DNA of 64,000 nt from an uncultured Clostridium sp. (GTDB lineage Bacteria; Bacillota; Clostridia; TANB77; CAG-508), in assembly GCA_945946655.1 (NCBI GenBank), contig CAMEWM010000003.1:28109-92108 (forward strand), in the 5' to 3' direction. The notes under the pieces are model-generated. The model was not told where the DNA came from. It made no database searches and was given only the letters and a program-made list of their open reading frames with translations. The position numbers and the translations under genes are program-made. Of this stretch, positions 8,401 to 19,588 are shown piece after piece (position 1 is the first letter of the stretch; each line of letters starts with the position of its first letter).

Positions 8401-11028
8401 TTAAGCGTCATTAACTATATCTCCTGGTCTGTCAGGATCCTCTATTTCATTATCTTTTATCTCATTCTCGCCACTGCTAGTATCTTCCTTCTTTTTACTT
8501 ATAGTAATAGTTATATTGTCTCCTGCTGTCGCTTTGCTTCCTTCTTTCTTGCTTTGATTGATTACTGTTCCATCTTCTTTTGATGATTCTTCAGTCTCAA
8601 CTGTAACTGTTAAACCTAAATCTTTTAATATTTTTATTGCATCTTCTTTAGTTTTTCCAATAACATTTGGTACTGTAACTTCTTTTTTAGTATGTACATC
8701 ACATGTTTCGGTTGGTATATTATATTTACCACCATCATTTGTACGCCACAATGTTGTATCTTCTTTTTCTGGCTTTTTAGTATAAATCTTTTCTTCTGTA
8801 TTTGGGCAATTCTCTGTAGCTATTTTTCCAGTTTCTGTACATATTGTAAGTTTTGTATGTCCTTCACAATCTCCTGGTACAGTTCCTTTTACAAAATATT
8901 CTGTATATGTTCTACTACATGCTTCTGTAGCTACTTTACCAGAGTCTAAACAAATTGTAGCTGAAACCACATTACTTGGTTTTTCAAATTCTGCACTTTC
9001 TAGTCCTTTATGTATGTTATCCATTATTCTTACCCATATTCTGGCTGCTTTGTTACTAACATTTGCAGAACTTGTTGATAAGTCTTCTGGTATATCATAT
9101 CCATACCATGTTGCAGCAGTATAATAAGGTGTAAATCCGCAGAACCATCTATCTTTGTTATCTGTAGTTGTTCCTGTCTTTCCTCCTGTATCTTGCCCTG
9201 AAACTTTAGCATATGGAGCTGTTCCTCCAGCCCCCACAGGGCCTCTTAATATTGTTTGTTCAATATATGCATTTGCTTCAGACATTACTCTTGTTTTTTC
9301 TTGTACTGGCTCTAATACTATATTCCCAGATGCATCTTCCATTCTTGTGTAAAAAGTTGGTGTTATATAAACTCCTCCATTTGCTATTGCTGCATAAGCT
9401 CCGGCCATTTCAAGTGGAGATATACCATATGTTAAGCCTCCTAATACCATTGCTAAATTTTCATCATTGTGTTCTTTGTTTTCTTTAGCAGTTACTAATG
9501 ATGTTATTCCCATCTTTCTTAAAAATGCTATTGAATTACTTGGTCCTAATTCAGACATTATTTTTACTTCAGTCGTATTGGCTGATTTTTCTATTGCTTT
9601 TCTGACTGTAATCAATCCTAATCCAGAACTTGTTGGGTGATAATTGCCAAAGTCAGTTGATGATTCATCATATATAGTTGCTGCTGTTATTATTCCAGAT
9701 TCTAAAGCTGGAGCTATAGACGCTATTGGTTTCATTGAAGATCCCGGCTGTCTTACTGATTGAGTTGCTCTATTTTGTCCATTTGAGTCAACATCATCTC
9801 CAAGTCCTCCCATACATCCAACTACATAACCATTTTTGTGGTCTATAATTACCATTGCTGATTGTGTATGAGTATTAATTTTGTTTCCATCTTTTTTTTG
9901 TACACCAGCATATATGTAATCACCACTTCTATATACTTCTTCCATATTTGATTGTATATTAGAGTCTTGTGTTGTATATATTTTGTAGCCTCCACCTTCG
10001 ATCATAGTTTGAGCAATTTCTTTTGATACATCATTTTTCTCTGCATATTGTTGTATTACCTGATTTAACGCTGCTCTAGCTAAATATGACATAGACGAAT
10101 TTGTTGCCGTATTTCCTTTTTCAAATTTTAACCCTTCATCAACTTCTGCCTTTGCATTATTATATTCTTCTTCTGTAATCTTACCTAAGTCTTTCATCTC
10201 AGCTAAAACTGTTTTCGTTCTCTTCTTTATTAATTCACTGTTGTCTGATCCATTAAATGGATTATAGCTATTAGGAGCATGATTAATTCCTGCTAAAAAA
10301 GCACTTTCTGCTAAATCTAATTCTCCAACCGATTTATTAAAATAATATCTTGAAGCAAGTTCTACTCCATGCAAATTACCTTCTCCTCCTACAAATATTG
10401 TATTTAGATATAATTCTAATATTTGGTCTTTAGAAAGCATTTTTTCCACTTTATATGCTCTTGACATTTCTCTTATCTTTCTTTGAATTCCTGCTAATCC
10501 TGAATCGCTTTTATCATCCTTTAAGTTTTTTATTAATTGTTGAGTAATCGTACTTCCTCCATAAGAAGAATGTCCTCTATTTAAAATATATGTAACTGTA
10601 GCTCCAGCAGTTCTTTTTACATCTACACCCTTGTGTTGGTAAAATCTTTTATCTTCGATTGATATATATGCATCTTGCACAGTTTTTGGTATTTCACCTA
10701 GTGATACTGTTCTTCTTTTTTCCTCGCCAGAAACATTTGCAATTTCATTTCCATCTTTATCATATATAATTGTATCAATGCTTTTTAACGTCAAATCATC
10801 TTTACTCATTGACCAATCATCATTAGCAAATATTGCTACAACTGCACCAGCTCCAATAATAATTAATAGTATAATTAGAATAATACAAATCTTTAGAAAA
10901 AGAGCTAGTTTACGATGTCTTTTCCAAAACCCTTTTTTCTTTCCTTTTTCCTTTTTATCGTTTTCTGTATGTTTATTGTTATTTATATCATGTTTTGATT
11001 TAGCACGTTTATTTTCAGACTTACTCAT
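8401..11028 (-). CDS. Class A penicillin-binding protein (bifunctional transglycosylase/transpeptidase, PBP1A-like) with C-terminal PASTA-like, low-complexity tail
   Basis: 875 aa. N-terminal TM. GT51 motifs (EDKRFYQHKGVD, GGSTITQQL). Transpeptidase SxxK (SSMK) and KTGT motifs. Lys-rich N-terminus and acidic C-terminal tail. Confidence 0.9.
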   Translation of the reverse strand: MSKSENKRAKSKHDINNNKHTENDKKEKGKKKGFWKRHRKLALFLKICIILIILLIIIGAGAVVAIFANDDWSMSKDDLTLKSIDTIIYDKDGNEIANVSGEEKRRTVSLGEIPKTVQDAYISIEDKRFYQHKGVDVKRTAGATVTYILNRGHSSYGGSTITQQLIKNLKDDKSDSGLAGIQRKIREMSRAYKVEKMLSKDQILELYLNTIFVGGEGNLHGVELASRYYFNKSVGELDLAESAFLAGINHAPNSYNPFNGSDNSELIKKRTKTVLAEMKDLGKITEEEYNNAKAEVDEGLKFEKGNTATNSSMSYLARAALNQVIQQYAEKNDVSKEIAQTMIEGGGYKIYTTQDSNIQSNMEEVYRSGDYIYAGVQKKDGNKINTHTQSAMVIIDHKNGYVVGCMGGLGDDVDSNGQNRATQSVRQPGSSMKPIASIAPALESGIITAATIYDESSTDFGNYHPTSSGLGLITVRKAIEKSANTTEVKIMSELGPSNSIAFLRKMGITSLVTAKENKEHNDENLAMVLGGLTYGISPLEMAGAYAAIANGGVYITPTFYTRMEDASGNIVLEPVQEKTRVMSEANAYIEQTILRGPVGAGGTAPYAKVSGQDTGGKTGTTTDNKDRWFCGFTPYYTAATWYGYDIPEDLSTSSANVSNKAARIWVRIMDNIHKGLESAEFEKPSNVVSATICLDSGKVATEACSRTYTEYFVKGTVPGDCEGHTKLTICTETGKIATENCPNTEEKIYTKKPEKEDTTLWRTNDGGKYNIPTETCDVHTKKEVTVPNVIGKTKEDAIKILKDLGLTVTVETEESSKEDGTVINQSKKEGSKATAGDNITITISKKKEDTSSGENEIKDNEIEDPDRPGDIVNDA

Positions 11029-11182
11029 AAAATGCTCCTCCTTATATTCTTTTTATTACATGAAACAATTATATTACATATTTAAATAAAAGTAAAAGCT
11101 TTTTATAAAAATAATAAAATTTTATGCTTTAGCTACTGATTTTTGCACAATTTCTACTAATTATATCATTTCATTTTTAGAT

Positions 11183-11848
11183 TTAAGCAAAATCAATATA
11201 ATCTTCTAATATATCGTAAATACTTGTTACTATCTTAGCTCCTTGTTTTATTAATTCATTTGTCCCCATTGCATTTTCACTATTAATATTACCTGGAACG
11301 GCATATATATTTTTTCCTTGTTCTAAGGCGAAATCTACTGTTATTAATGTTCCACTTTTTTGTTTTGCTTCTATAACTAAAACTCCTGATGATAGCCCAC
11401 TAATAATTCTATTTCTGGCTGGAAAAGTATATTTGCTTGGTCTTACACCAATAGGATATTCAGATATTAATAATCCATTATTTTTTATAATTTCTCGTTC
11501 TAATAATTTATTTTCAGGTGGATATACATAATCTAATCCATTACCTAGTACCATAATCGTTTCTTTATTAGCCTTAAGACACCCTTTATGAGCAAAGGAG
11601 TCGATTCCTTTTGCTCCTCCACTAACAATAATCATTCCCCTCATAGATAGCTCATACGAAAATTTTTCGGCAATATTATGTCCATAAGCACTATAATCTC
11701 TACATCCAATAATTGCTATTTTTTTATTTGATTCTAGCAATTCTATATTACCAATACAGTATAGTTGTCTTGGTGGATCATATATTTGTTTTAGACTTTC
11801 TGGATATATTTTATCATCCATATTTATTGTTTTAATGATTGTATTCAT
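11183..11848 (-). CDS. dprA: DNA processing protein DprA (Smf), short form
   Basis: Rossmann-like DprA core motifs (IIGCRDYSAYG, VSGGAKGIDSFAH, GTLITVDFALEQGKNIYAVPG). 221 aa. Confidence 0.85.
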   Translation of the reverse strand: MNTIIKTINMDDKIYPESLKQIYDPPRQLYCIGNIELLESNKKIAIIGCRDYSAYGHNIAEKFSYELSMRGMIIVSGGAKGIDSFAHKGCLKANKETIMVLGNGLDYVYPPENKLLEREIIKNNGLLISEYPIGVRPSKYTFPARNRIISGLSSGVLVIEAKQKSGTLITVDFALEQGKNIYAVPGNINSENAMGTNELIKQGAKIVTSIYDILEDYIDFA

Positions 11849-11916
11849 AAATTTTCTCCTTTTAACATGAAAATAGGGAAATAGAAGTCTTTATCTCCTT
11901 TTCCCTATTTTATTTT

Positions 11917-12774
11917 TTAATATTTAATATCGTTTTGCAACTTTGTAGCTTTTATTACGTTGTTCATAAGCATTGCTATTGTCATTGGTCCAACTCCGCC
12001 TGGAACAGGAGTTATATACGATGCTCTTTCTTTTACTTTTTCAAAATCAACATCACCAACTAATTTACCATCATCATTTCTATTCATGCCTACATCAATT
12101 ACAACAGCTCCATCTTTTACCATGTCTGCTGTTACCATATTTATCTTACCAACAGCTGATATTAGTATGTCCGCTGTCTTAGCAATTTCTTTTATGTTTT
12201 TTGTTTTTGAATGACAGATTGTAACCGTCGCATTTTTATTTAGTAGACACTGTGAAAGTGGCTTTCCAACTATGTTGCTCCTTCCAATTACAACAGCATG
12301 CTTACCTTGTATTTCTATATTATACGCTTCCAACATTTTTATAATTCCATAAGGTGTACACGAAATAAATGTGTCTTGTCCAATCATTAATTTTCCAACA
12401 TTTATTGGATTAAATCCATCAACATCTTTTTTATAATTAATTCTTTCAAAGGCTTTTTGAATGTTTAATCCTTCCGGAATAGGACTTTGTAATAGTATTC
12501 CATTGATATCTCTTCTTACATTTAATTCATCTATTATAGATAATAATTTTTCCATTGAGGTATTATTATCTAGTATGATTTCTTCAAATTCAACTCCAAC
12601 ATCATTACAAGCTTTGCTTTTGTTTTTTATATATACCTTTGATGCACTGTTATCCCCAACTAATATAACTGCTAATTTAGGTATTATTTTTTTTTCTTTT
12701 AACTTATCAGTTTCTAATTTTAGTTCTTCTCTTATCTTTTTAGATAATTCTTTTCCATCAATCAATTGATACAT
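11917..12774 (-). CDS. folD: Bifunctional methylenetetrahydrofolate dehydrogenase/cyclohydrolase
   Basis: 285 aa. Typical FolD N-terminal MxLIDGK...LS and NAD(P)-binding VVIGRSNIVGKP motif. Confidence 0.95.
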   Translation of the reverse strand: MYQLIDGKELSKKIREELKLETDKLKEKKIIPKLAVILVGDNSASKVYIKNKSKACNDVGVEFEEIILDNNTSMEKLLSIIDELNVRRDINGILLQSPIPEGLNIQKAFERINYKKDVDGFNPINVGKLMIGQDTFISCTPYGIIKMLEAYNIEIQGKHAVVIGRSNIVGKPLSQCLLNKNATVTICHSKTKNIKEIAKTADILISAVGKINMVTADMVKDGAVVIDVGMNRNDDGKLVGDVDFEKVKERASYITPVPGGVGPMTIAMLMNNVIKATKLQNDIKY

Positions 12775-12897
12775 TTCATTTTCCCCTATTAAAACTTAAT
12801 CTATAATATTATCCATCTTTTGTATCCAGCTATCAATATATTTCTTCTACTGTATAACTTCCATCAGAATATGTACTATGAATATGTAAGTCTATCA

Positions 12898-13569
12898 TTA
12901 TACATCCTCTTCTACTGTTAGTTTTGCATAATATTCAGGATTAAAATCTTTGTCATATTCTACATCTCCAAAGATTTCTGGCATTTGCTCTTTAAATAAT
13001 AGCAATAATGGAATTAAAACTTGTCTAATTGCTGGATGAACATGGTTTGTAGTCCTTAAACTCAAAATATGTTTCCATTCTCTAATATTTGCTGTCATTG
13101 TATATTCTGCAGCAGTCGAATGAGGTAAAACTTCTCTACACATATCGGTAGTCGCTCCTAACTCCTTCATTTTCATATAATGTTTTTCCATGTCTTCCAT
13201 CGCACTCTTCCATGCTTCATACACTTCTTTATCTTCAATATATACAGGATTTATAACTGCAATTTCATTGCCATATTTATCTTTATCATAACTACAATAT
13301 CTCGTTGATTCAACAGAAAAACTTGCAAATCTATGTCTTGTTAAATCCTTATATGACCCTATGTCACTATAAATTCTAACCGTAATCTTTTCATGTTCTA
13401 AAACTGACTCATGTCCTCTATTAAGGCAATTTTTTAATAAGTTTTTATAGCTATCTTCACTTATATTTCCTTCTGAACGATAGCAAGTTCTACATGCTCT
13501 TTCGATTCTTTTCATAATTTTTACGCCATCAAAATTTTCTACTTTAATCCATGGTTCTACTAGTCTCAT
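12898..13569 (-). CDS. thyX: FAD-dependent thymidylate synthase ThyX
   Basis: ThyX signature RHRxxxxxS present as TRHRFASFSVESTRY. 223 aa. Confidence 0.95.
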   Translation of the reverse strand: MRLVEPWIKVENFDGVKIMKRIERACRTCYRSEGNISEDSYKNLLKNCLNRGHESVLEHEKITVRIYSDIGSYKDLTRHRFASFSVESTRYCSYDKDKYGNEIAVINPVYIEDKEVYEAWKSAMEDMEKHYMKMKELGATTDMCREVLPHSTAAEYTMTANIREWKHILSLRTTNHVHPAIRQVLIPLLLLFKEQMPEIFGDVEYDKDFNPEYYAKLTVEEDV

Positions 13570-13741
13570 TTTTTAATTTCCTCCAAATATAATTTTCTCT
13601 ACTATATCAAACCCAACTTTATTTTTCAATAATTTTTCTATAATTAATATAATTAAATTTTATGTCTAAAATTCTTCAATAAAATAATAGAAAGCTCAAA
13701 AATTATAAAAATAATTTTTGAGCTCACAATTATACATTTCA

Positions 13742-14851
13742 TTATATTTTAATTATTTTTTCCCATGGTAAATCATCTTTTCCAAAGTGTCCATAATTTG
13801 TTGTTCTTTCATATATTGGTTCCTTTAAGTGTAAATATTCTATTATTCCATCTGGTGTCAAATCAAATTTAGTTTTTATTAAATGTACTAGTTCTTCTTC
13901 CGTTTTTTCACTAGTTCCAAAGGTATTTACATATATTGAAAGAGGTTCCTTCATTCCTATTGCATAAGCAACTTGTATTTCACACTTTTTGGCGTATCCA
14001 TTAGCGACTATATTTTTAGCAATATGGCGCAACATATAAGCTGCTGATCTGTCGACCTTACTTGCATCTTTTCCTGAAAAAGCTCCTCCTCCATGTTTTG
14101 CATATCCACCATATGTATCAACTATTATTTTTCTACCGGTTAAACCCGTATCACCTAAAGGACCACCTATTACAAATCTGCCTGTTGGATTTACATATAT
14201 ATTTGTATTTTTATCCATCATATTTTCCGGAACAACAGCCTTTATAACTTTTTCTATAACATCTTCTCTTATTTGTTCTAAAGAAGCTGTTTCTAAGTGC
14301 TGAGTAGAAACTAATATTGTTTCAATTCTTTTTGGTTTATCATTTTCGTATTCTACAGTTACTTGAGTTTTTCCATCTGGTCTTAAATATGGAACTATTC
14401 CTTCTTTTCTAACTTGAGTTAATCTCTTTGCTAGTTTATGTGCCATATCTATTGCATAAGGCATATAGTTTGGTGTTTCATCACAAGCATATCCAAACAT
14501 TATACCTTGATCTCCAGCGCCTCCAACATCAACGCCAAGAGCTATATCTGGGCTTTGCTTTGTTATATCAGCATTTATTTTGCACGTTCTATAATCAATG
14601 TCCGTTTTCTCGTTGTCATAGCCTATTTCTTTTAATTTTTCTCTTACTATTTCTCCTAATTTAATTCTTGCAGTAGATGTTATTTGTCCTGCTATCGTAA
14701 TGGTATTGCTTGATACAAATGTCTCTATTGCGACCCTTGAATTTGGATCTTGTCTTAGACATTCATCTAATATTGTATCAGATATGTTGTCACATACTTT
14801 ATCTGGATGTCCTTCTGTAACACTTTCTGATGTAAAATAATAATTTTTCAT
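13742..14851 (-). CDS. metK: S-adenosylmethionine synthetase
   Basis: N-terminal [16 protein letters not shown] and GGGAFSGKD motifs diagnostic of MetK. Confidence 0.95.
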   Translation of the reverse strand: MKNYYFTSESVTEGHPDKVCDNISDTILDECLRQDPNSRVAIETFVSSNTITIAGQITSTARIKLGEIVREKLKEIGYDNEKTDIDYRTCKINADITKQSPDIALGVDVGGAGDQGIMFGYACDETPNYMPYAIDMAHKLAKRLTQVRKEGIVPYLRPDGKTQVTVEYENDKPKRIETILVSTQHLETASLEQIREDVIEKVIKAVVPENMMDKNTNIYVNPTGRFVIGGPLGDTGLTGRKIIVDTYGGYAKHGGGAFSGKDASKVDRSAAYMLRHIAKNIVANGYAKKCEIQVAYAIGMKEPLSIYVNTFGTSEKTEEELVHLIKTKFDLTPDGIIEYLHLKEPIYERTTNYGHFGKDDLPWEKIIKI

Positions 14852-14956
14852 TTTTTCCTCTTTCTTGTGGCATTTATATTTTATTTTATTATTATACTAT
14901 AATATAAGTATTTTTTCCATATTTTTATCATTTTTCTTATTATTAGCATTAAAATT

Positions 14957-16180
14957 TTAGTCTTTAAGCCTAATTAATTTATTTATATTCATTTTTCCTG
15001 CTCTTGTCACCATGTTATATCCATATTTATCTTTCAATTCATCCATTATGTCATCGACTTTCCTTTGTTTCTCTTTTTCTTTATTTTTGTCTGTAAATAA
15101 AGAAATCTGCATTTCTTCTTTGTCTATTAAATTATCAACTCTAACTCCTAATAGTCTTATCTGTTTGTTTGATAATGAGTTATATAATGTTTCTAACAGC
15201 TCTTTAGCTTCTCTATATATGTACTTTGTGCTATCTGTTCCGTCTGCTAGTTTTTTTTGATGAGTATAAACATCAAATGTATTGGTTTTTATCTGAACAT
15301 TTACTACATTGGTTAGCATATTTTGCTTTCTTAATCTATAAGAAACTTGTTCACAAAGAGCCAATAATACTTCATTTAGTTTTACTATATCCGCAACATC
15401 TTGTGGCATTGTAACTGAATTACCTATTCCTTTTGGTTTATCATCATTCACTTGTACTGGACTATTATCTATACCATTTGCATATTCCCATATTGTTTTA
15501 CCTAGCTTTCCAAAACGTTTTATTATGTCTTGCTTATCTCTATGTGCTAAATCTCCAATTGTTTTTATCCCTATTTTTTGTAATTTTGGAATTGTTTTTT
15601 TACCAACCATTAGTAAATCTGATATTGGCAATATCCACATTTTTGTTGGAATTTCATATTCATATAATGTATGTATTTTGTCTGGCTTTTCAAAATCTGA
15701 TGCCATTTTTGCTAATAATTTATTATGAGCTATGCCAATATTTACTGTAAATCCTAGTTTTTCTTTTATTTCAGTACTTATTTGTTTTGCTTTATCTTCT
15801 ATTGTTTCATTTTTTAATAAAAAATGAGTCAAGTCTAATGAGCACTCATCTATTGATAATTGTTCTATTTGATCCGTATATTTTTTAAAGATTTCTATCA
15901 TTCTATTTGAATATCTTCTATAAATCGCAAAGTCGCTTTCAAAGACTTGTACTTGTGGGCATTTGTTTCTTGCCATATACAACGGTTCCCCTGTTTTTAT
16001 TCCAAATTGCTTTGCCACTGGGCTTTTAGCCAAAACTATGCCTCTACGCTCAGCTTCATCTCCTCCTATCACAGCAGGAATTGTTCTAATATCAACTTGT
16101 TCTCCTTTTCTTAACCTTTCTACTGCTGTCCATGATAAAAAGGCATTATTTACATCAACATGTAAAATAAAACGTTCCAT
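14957..16180 (-). CDS. dinB: DNA polymerase IV (Y-family translesion polymerase)
   Basis: ILHVDVNNAF catalytic-Asp motif and Y-family palm, finger and little-finger layout. Likely start is the internal Met at 16180 (MERFILHVD); the track ORF extends to 16225. Confidence 0.9.
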   Translation of the reverse strand: MERFILHVDVNNAFLSWTAVERLRKGEQVDIRTIPAVIGGDEAERRGIVLAKSPVAKQFGIKTGEPLYMARNKCPQVQVFESDFAIYRRYSNRMIEIFKKYTDQIEQLSIDECSLDLTHFLLKNETIEDKAKQISTEIKEKLGFTVNIGIAHNKLLAKMASDFEKPDKIHTLYEYEIPTKMWILPISDLLMVGKKTIPKLQKIGIKTIGDLAHRDKQDIIKRFGKLGKTIWEYANGIDNSPVQVNDDKPKGIGNSVTMPQDVADIVKLNEVLLALCEQVSYRLRKQNMLTNVVNVQIKTNTFDVYTHQKKLADGTDSTKYIYREAKELLETLYNSLSNKQIRLLGVRVDNLIDKEEMQISLFTDKNKEKEKQRKVDDIMDELKDKYGYNMVTRAGKMNINKLIRLKD

Positions 16181-16255
16181 AATAACCACCAAAGTTATTA
16201 TAGAACATTTGTTCTTGTATGTCAACCTCTTTATATATAAATGATATTATTATAA

Positions 16256-16477
16256 TCATATTATATTTCTCCAAAAATTGATTAATGCTGTAAATATAAA
16301 TATAAGTGCTAATATTCCTATAACAGCTGATAAAATAGCAATTATTTTCACAACTTTTCCTGTTATATGCGAAAATTTCTTGACATTAGAAAAGTCTAAA
16401 TTATTATATTCCATTCCAACTTTCATCTTTTGATATTTTTCATAATCTTTTTCATTCCAATAATCATTTTTACTCAT
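16256..16477 (-). CDS. Small membrane protein (73 aa, single C-terminal TM)
   Basis: ORF with hydrophilic N-terminal half and a clear TM helix, immediately downstream of dinB and upstream of the S4-domain gene on the same strand. Confidence 0.4.
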   Translation of the reverse strand: MSKNDYWNEKDYEKYQKMKVGMEYNNLDFSNVKKFSHITGKVVKIIAILSAVIGILALIFIFTALINFWRNII

Positions 16478-16489
16478 TAGTTTTCCCCT

Positions 16490-17299
16490 TTATATATAAT
16501 GTTGAACAATTACTGCTGTTTTCCCTTTTTTGGTTTTCCCTTCAATTTTGTCTATGTAAAATTTTCCTTTGCCTCTTATGACTAACGTATCTCCAACATT
16601 TATGATTTTTGAATTTCTCGTTTCATTCTCATAATTTATAAAAACTCTCTGGTTAGCAATTATTTCACTGGCTGAGCTTCTAGAGCAATGAGATAATTCT
16701 GACACTACATTATCTAATCTTAAAGATTGTATTGTAATTCTTATCTCTTGTTTTTTTATATCCGGATTTCTCACTTGTGATATATTTAAAGTTTCTATAT
16801 TTGCTTTACTAAATCTAGTTAATTGTGATAAATTATTAAAAATATATTGACATATTTCGTTACTCACAATTATATCAGCTCCATCTTCAAACACTAATAT
16901 ATCTCCAATCTTTTCTCTTTTGACTCCCAACTTCATTACTCCACTTAGATAATCTTTATGTGTATATGTCCCTTTGAGTTCATTAGGTAAGGTTATCCTT
17001 ATTAGGTCCACCATCTTAGAATAGTCAAATCTATTATTTTCAAATATTTCATTATATTTTTCTGGATATATTATTAGCATAACTTTTTCTGCATCCCTAC
17101 ATGCATAATAATATTTATAATTTTTTTCTTTTTCTATGTTTAATATCTCTTGACTAAGCTTTTTTTGATACATGTCTAAAAAGTCTGTATTAACAATCTG
17201 TTTTCTCGTTCTTGCCAATGTTACTTTGTCTAAAATTTTTGCTACAAATAGTCTATCTTCTTCATTTGAATATCTATCTAAAACTATTGATTTATTCAT
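16490..17299 (-). CDS. YlmH-like RNA-binding protein with C-terminal S4 domain
   Basis: 269 aa. C-terminal S4 fold signature (RLDNVVSEL..SRS.A..I......V.......GD.L.IRGKG). N-terminal YlmH-like domain. Confidence 0.65.
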   Translation of the reverse strand: MNKSIVLDRYSNEEDRLFVAKILDKVTLARTRKQIVNTDFLDMYQKKLSQEILNIEKEKNYKYYYACRDAEKVMLIIYPEKYNEIFENNRFDYSKMVDLIRITLPNELKGTYTHKDYLSGVMKLGVKREKIGDILVFEDGADIIVSNEICQYIFNNLSQLTRFSKANIETLNISQVRNPDIKKQEIRITIQSLRLDNVVSELSHCSRSSASEIIANQRVFINYENETRNSKIINVGDTLVIRGKGKFYIDKIEGKTKKGKTAVIVQHYI

Positions 17300-17455
17300 A
17301 TCTTGCCCTTTTATGCATATTTTTTATATTATATTTACACTTTCAACTGTTTCTAATATTGTTTAAATTATAATATCATATATAAATATTTTTTTAAAGA
17401 CTAGCTTTTTATATTTATTTGTGCTATTATATATATTGTCGTTTGAATTATATAT

Positions 17456-17530
17456 TGGGATGTCGCCAAGCGGTAAGGCCTCGGACTCTGACTCCGATAT
17501 GCGTGTGTTCGAATCACACCATCCCAACCA
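17456..17530 (+). tRNA. tRNA-Gln (anticodon CTG)
   Basis: Cloverleaf: acceptor tgggatg/catccca with U1-A72 typical of bacterial tRNA-Gln, anticodon stem tcgga/tccga, loop ctCTGac, T-arm gtgtg-ttcgaat-cacac, 3' ACCA encoded. Confidence 0.9.
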
Positions 17531-17534
17531 AGAA

Positions 17535-17565
17535 TGTGGTAGAAATTTTGTTCTACCACATTTTT
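17535..17565. terminator. Rho-independent terminator (bidirectional) between tRNA-Gln and the convergent HD-domain gene
   Basis: Hairpin tgtggtagaa-atttt-gttctaccaca followed by TTTTT. Confidence 0.6.
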
Positions 17566-17566
17566 A

Positions 17567-18136
17567 CTATTTTATTTCATTCATTTCTTCTTGTACATAA
17601 TCTTCGCAATCTCTCATTGCAAGAATTGTATCTTCAAATAATTTGTCTAATTCCCATCCAAGCATTTCAGCACCTTGCTTTATTACATCTCTAGAACATC
17701 CTGCAGCAAATTTTTTATCTTTAAATTTCTTTTTTAGACTTGAAACTTCCATATCTTTAGTACTTTTTGATGGTCTCATCTTTGCAGCAGCCCATATTAA
17801 TCCAGTTAGTTCATCTGTAGCAAATAATATTTTTTCCATTTCTTTCTTTGGCTCTAGTTCTGAACATAATCCATAACCATGTGAACAAATGCTATAAATA
17901 AAATCTTCATCAGCACCAGCCTCTTTCAATATCTCTCTTGCTTTATGACAATGTTCCTCTGGATATTGTTCAAAATCAATATCATGTAATAGTCCTACTA
18001 TTCCCCAATATTCTTCATCTTCTCCTAATTTCCTTGCAAAATATCTCATGACCCCTTCTACTGTAAAAGCATGTATTAAATGAAATTCTTCCTTATTATA
18101 TTTTTTTAATAATTGTACTGCTTCTTGTCTATTCAT
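17567..18136 (-). CDS. HD-domain metal-dependent phosphohydrolase
   Basis: 189 aa. H...HD motif (GLLHDIDFEQ) and downstream His/Asp residues of the HD superfamily. Confidence 0.8.
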   Translation of the reverse strand: MNRQEAVQLLKKYNKEEFHLIHAFTVEGVMRYFARKLGEDEEYWGIVGLLHDIDFEQYPEEHCHKAREILKEAGADEDFIYSICSHGYGLCSELEPKKEMEKILFATDELTGLIWAAAKMRPSKSTKDMEVSSLKKKFKDKKFAAGCSRDVIKQGAEMLGWELDKLFEDTILAMRDCEDYVQEEMNEIK

Positions 18137-18261
18137 CTTTATACCTTCTTTCTAAATTTCATATTATTTATAGCACTATTTTTTTATTTTATCAACTATT
18201 AATTTTTTAGTGTATTAATTTCCATATCTTGCAAATAATATTAATATTGGAGGTAAAATTT

Positions 18262-19527
18262 ATGAAAGATTATTTAGGAATTCAAAGTGTTAGTGCTTTA
18301 GAAGTTTTAGATTCTAGAGGTAACCCTACTGTACAAGTCGAAGTTGTTACTGAGGGTGGCTTCTCCGGTATAAGTATGGTTCCATCTGGAGCTTCTACTG
18401 GAAATTTTGAAGCAGTCGAACTACGAGATATAGATGACAGTAGATATAATGGCAAAGGTGTCACTCAAGCAGTTAATAATGTTAGTAAAATTTCTAAAAA
18501 ATTAATTGGTATGAATGTGTATGATCAAAGAAAAATCGACAATTTGCTTTTAGAATTAGATGGCACACCAAACAAATCAAATCTGGGAGCTAATGCAATT
18601 CTTGGAATCTCTTTAGCCTGTAGTAGAGCTGCTAGCAATTCTTTAGGCTCTCCACTTTATTCATATATCGGTGGAGTAAACGCACACGTACTTCCTACTC
18701 CTATGATGAACATTTTAAATGGCGGAAAGCATTCTGATAATAATTTAAGTTTACAAGAGTTTATGATTGTTCCTTATGGTGGCAGGACATTTGCAGAAAA
18801 ACTAGAAATGGGAGTTACTGTATATAATACTTTAAAAAAGTTATTAAAATTAAAGACATTAACTACTTCTGTTGGGGACGAAGGTGGATTTGCTCCCAAT
18901 TTAAAATCTACTGAAGAAGCTCTAGATTTAATTGTTGAAGCTATAGAGAAGTCAAACTATAAATTATATCAAGATATTGGAATCGCATTAGATGTAGCAG
19001 CAACAGAAATGTATAATGAGGCAAAGAAGCAAAATAAAGATGGATATTTGTTATGGAAAACTGGAGAATATAAAACTAAAGAGGAAATGATTGATTATCT
19101 TTGCAACCTTACTAATAAATACCCTATTGTTTCAATAGAAGATGGTCTTTCAGAAGAAGATTGGGATTCTTGGAAAGTTCTAACTCAAAAACTTGGAAAT
19201 AAGATTCAACTAGTTGGAGATGATTTATTTGTTACAAATGTAGCCAGATTAAAAAAAGGTATTGACTTAAAAGTTGCTAACAGTATTTTGATAAAGCCTA
19301 ATCAGATTGGTACACTAACCGAAACTCTTGACGCTATAGAGCTAGCCAAATCTAATGGTTACAAAGTCATCATTTCTCATAGATCTGGTGAGACAGAAGA
19401 TACTACTATTGCAGATATTGCAGTGGCCACAAATATTGGACAAATCAAATCTGGCGCCCCATGTAGAACAGACAGAACAGCAAAGTATAACAGATTGTTA
19501 AATATAGAACACGAATTACAAAACTGA
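18262..19527 (+). CDS. eno: Enolase (phosphopyruvate hydratase)
   Basis: [14 protein letters not shown]-terminal signature and full-length enolase barrel. GGAGG RBS at 18250, ATG at 18262; the track ORF starts further upstream at 18229. Confidence 0.95.
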   Translation: MKDYLGIQSVSALEVLDSRGNPTVQVEVVTEGGFSGISMVPSGASTGNFEAVELRDIDDSRYNGKGVTQAVNNVSKISKKLIGMNVYDQRKIDNLLLELDGTPNKSNLGANAILGISLACSRAASNSLGSPLYSYIGGVNAHVLPTPMMNILNGGKHSDNNLSLQEFMIVPYGGRTFAEKLEMGVTVYNTLKKLLKLKTLTTSVGDEGGFAPNLKSTEEALDLIVEAIEKSNYKLYQDIGIALDVAATEMYNEAKKQNKDGYLLWKTGEYKTKEEMIDYLCNLTNKYPIVSIEDGLSEEDWDSWKVLTQKLGNKIQLVGDDLFVTNVARLKKGIDLKVANSILIKPNQIGTLTETLDAIELAKSNGYKVIISHRSGETEDTTIADIAVATNIGQIKSGAPCRTDRTAKYNRLLNIEHELQN

Positions 19528-19543
19528 GTAAAAGGTTAAAAAA

Positions 19544-19585
19544 TTGAAGCTAGAAATTACATATCTCTAGCTTCAAACTTTTTAT
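19544..19585. terminator. Bidirectional rho-independent terminator between convergent eno and the vWA-anchor gene
   Basis: ttgaagctaga-aattacatatc-tctagcttcaa hairpin with flanking T-run and A-run. Confidence 0.6.
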
Positions 19586-19588
19586 TTA

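Noticed and set aside
8558-9488. Several 60-90 aa + strand ORFs inside the PBP gene
   Set aside because: Antisense shadows of a well-supported CDS.
14852-14956. Possible SAM (S-box) riboswitch upstream of metK
   Set aside because: The intergenic region is only about 105 nt, extremely AT-rich, and lacks the conserved S-box helices; too short.
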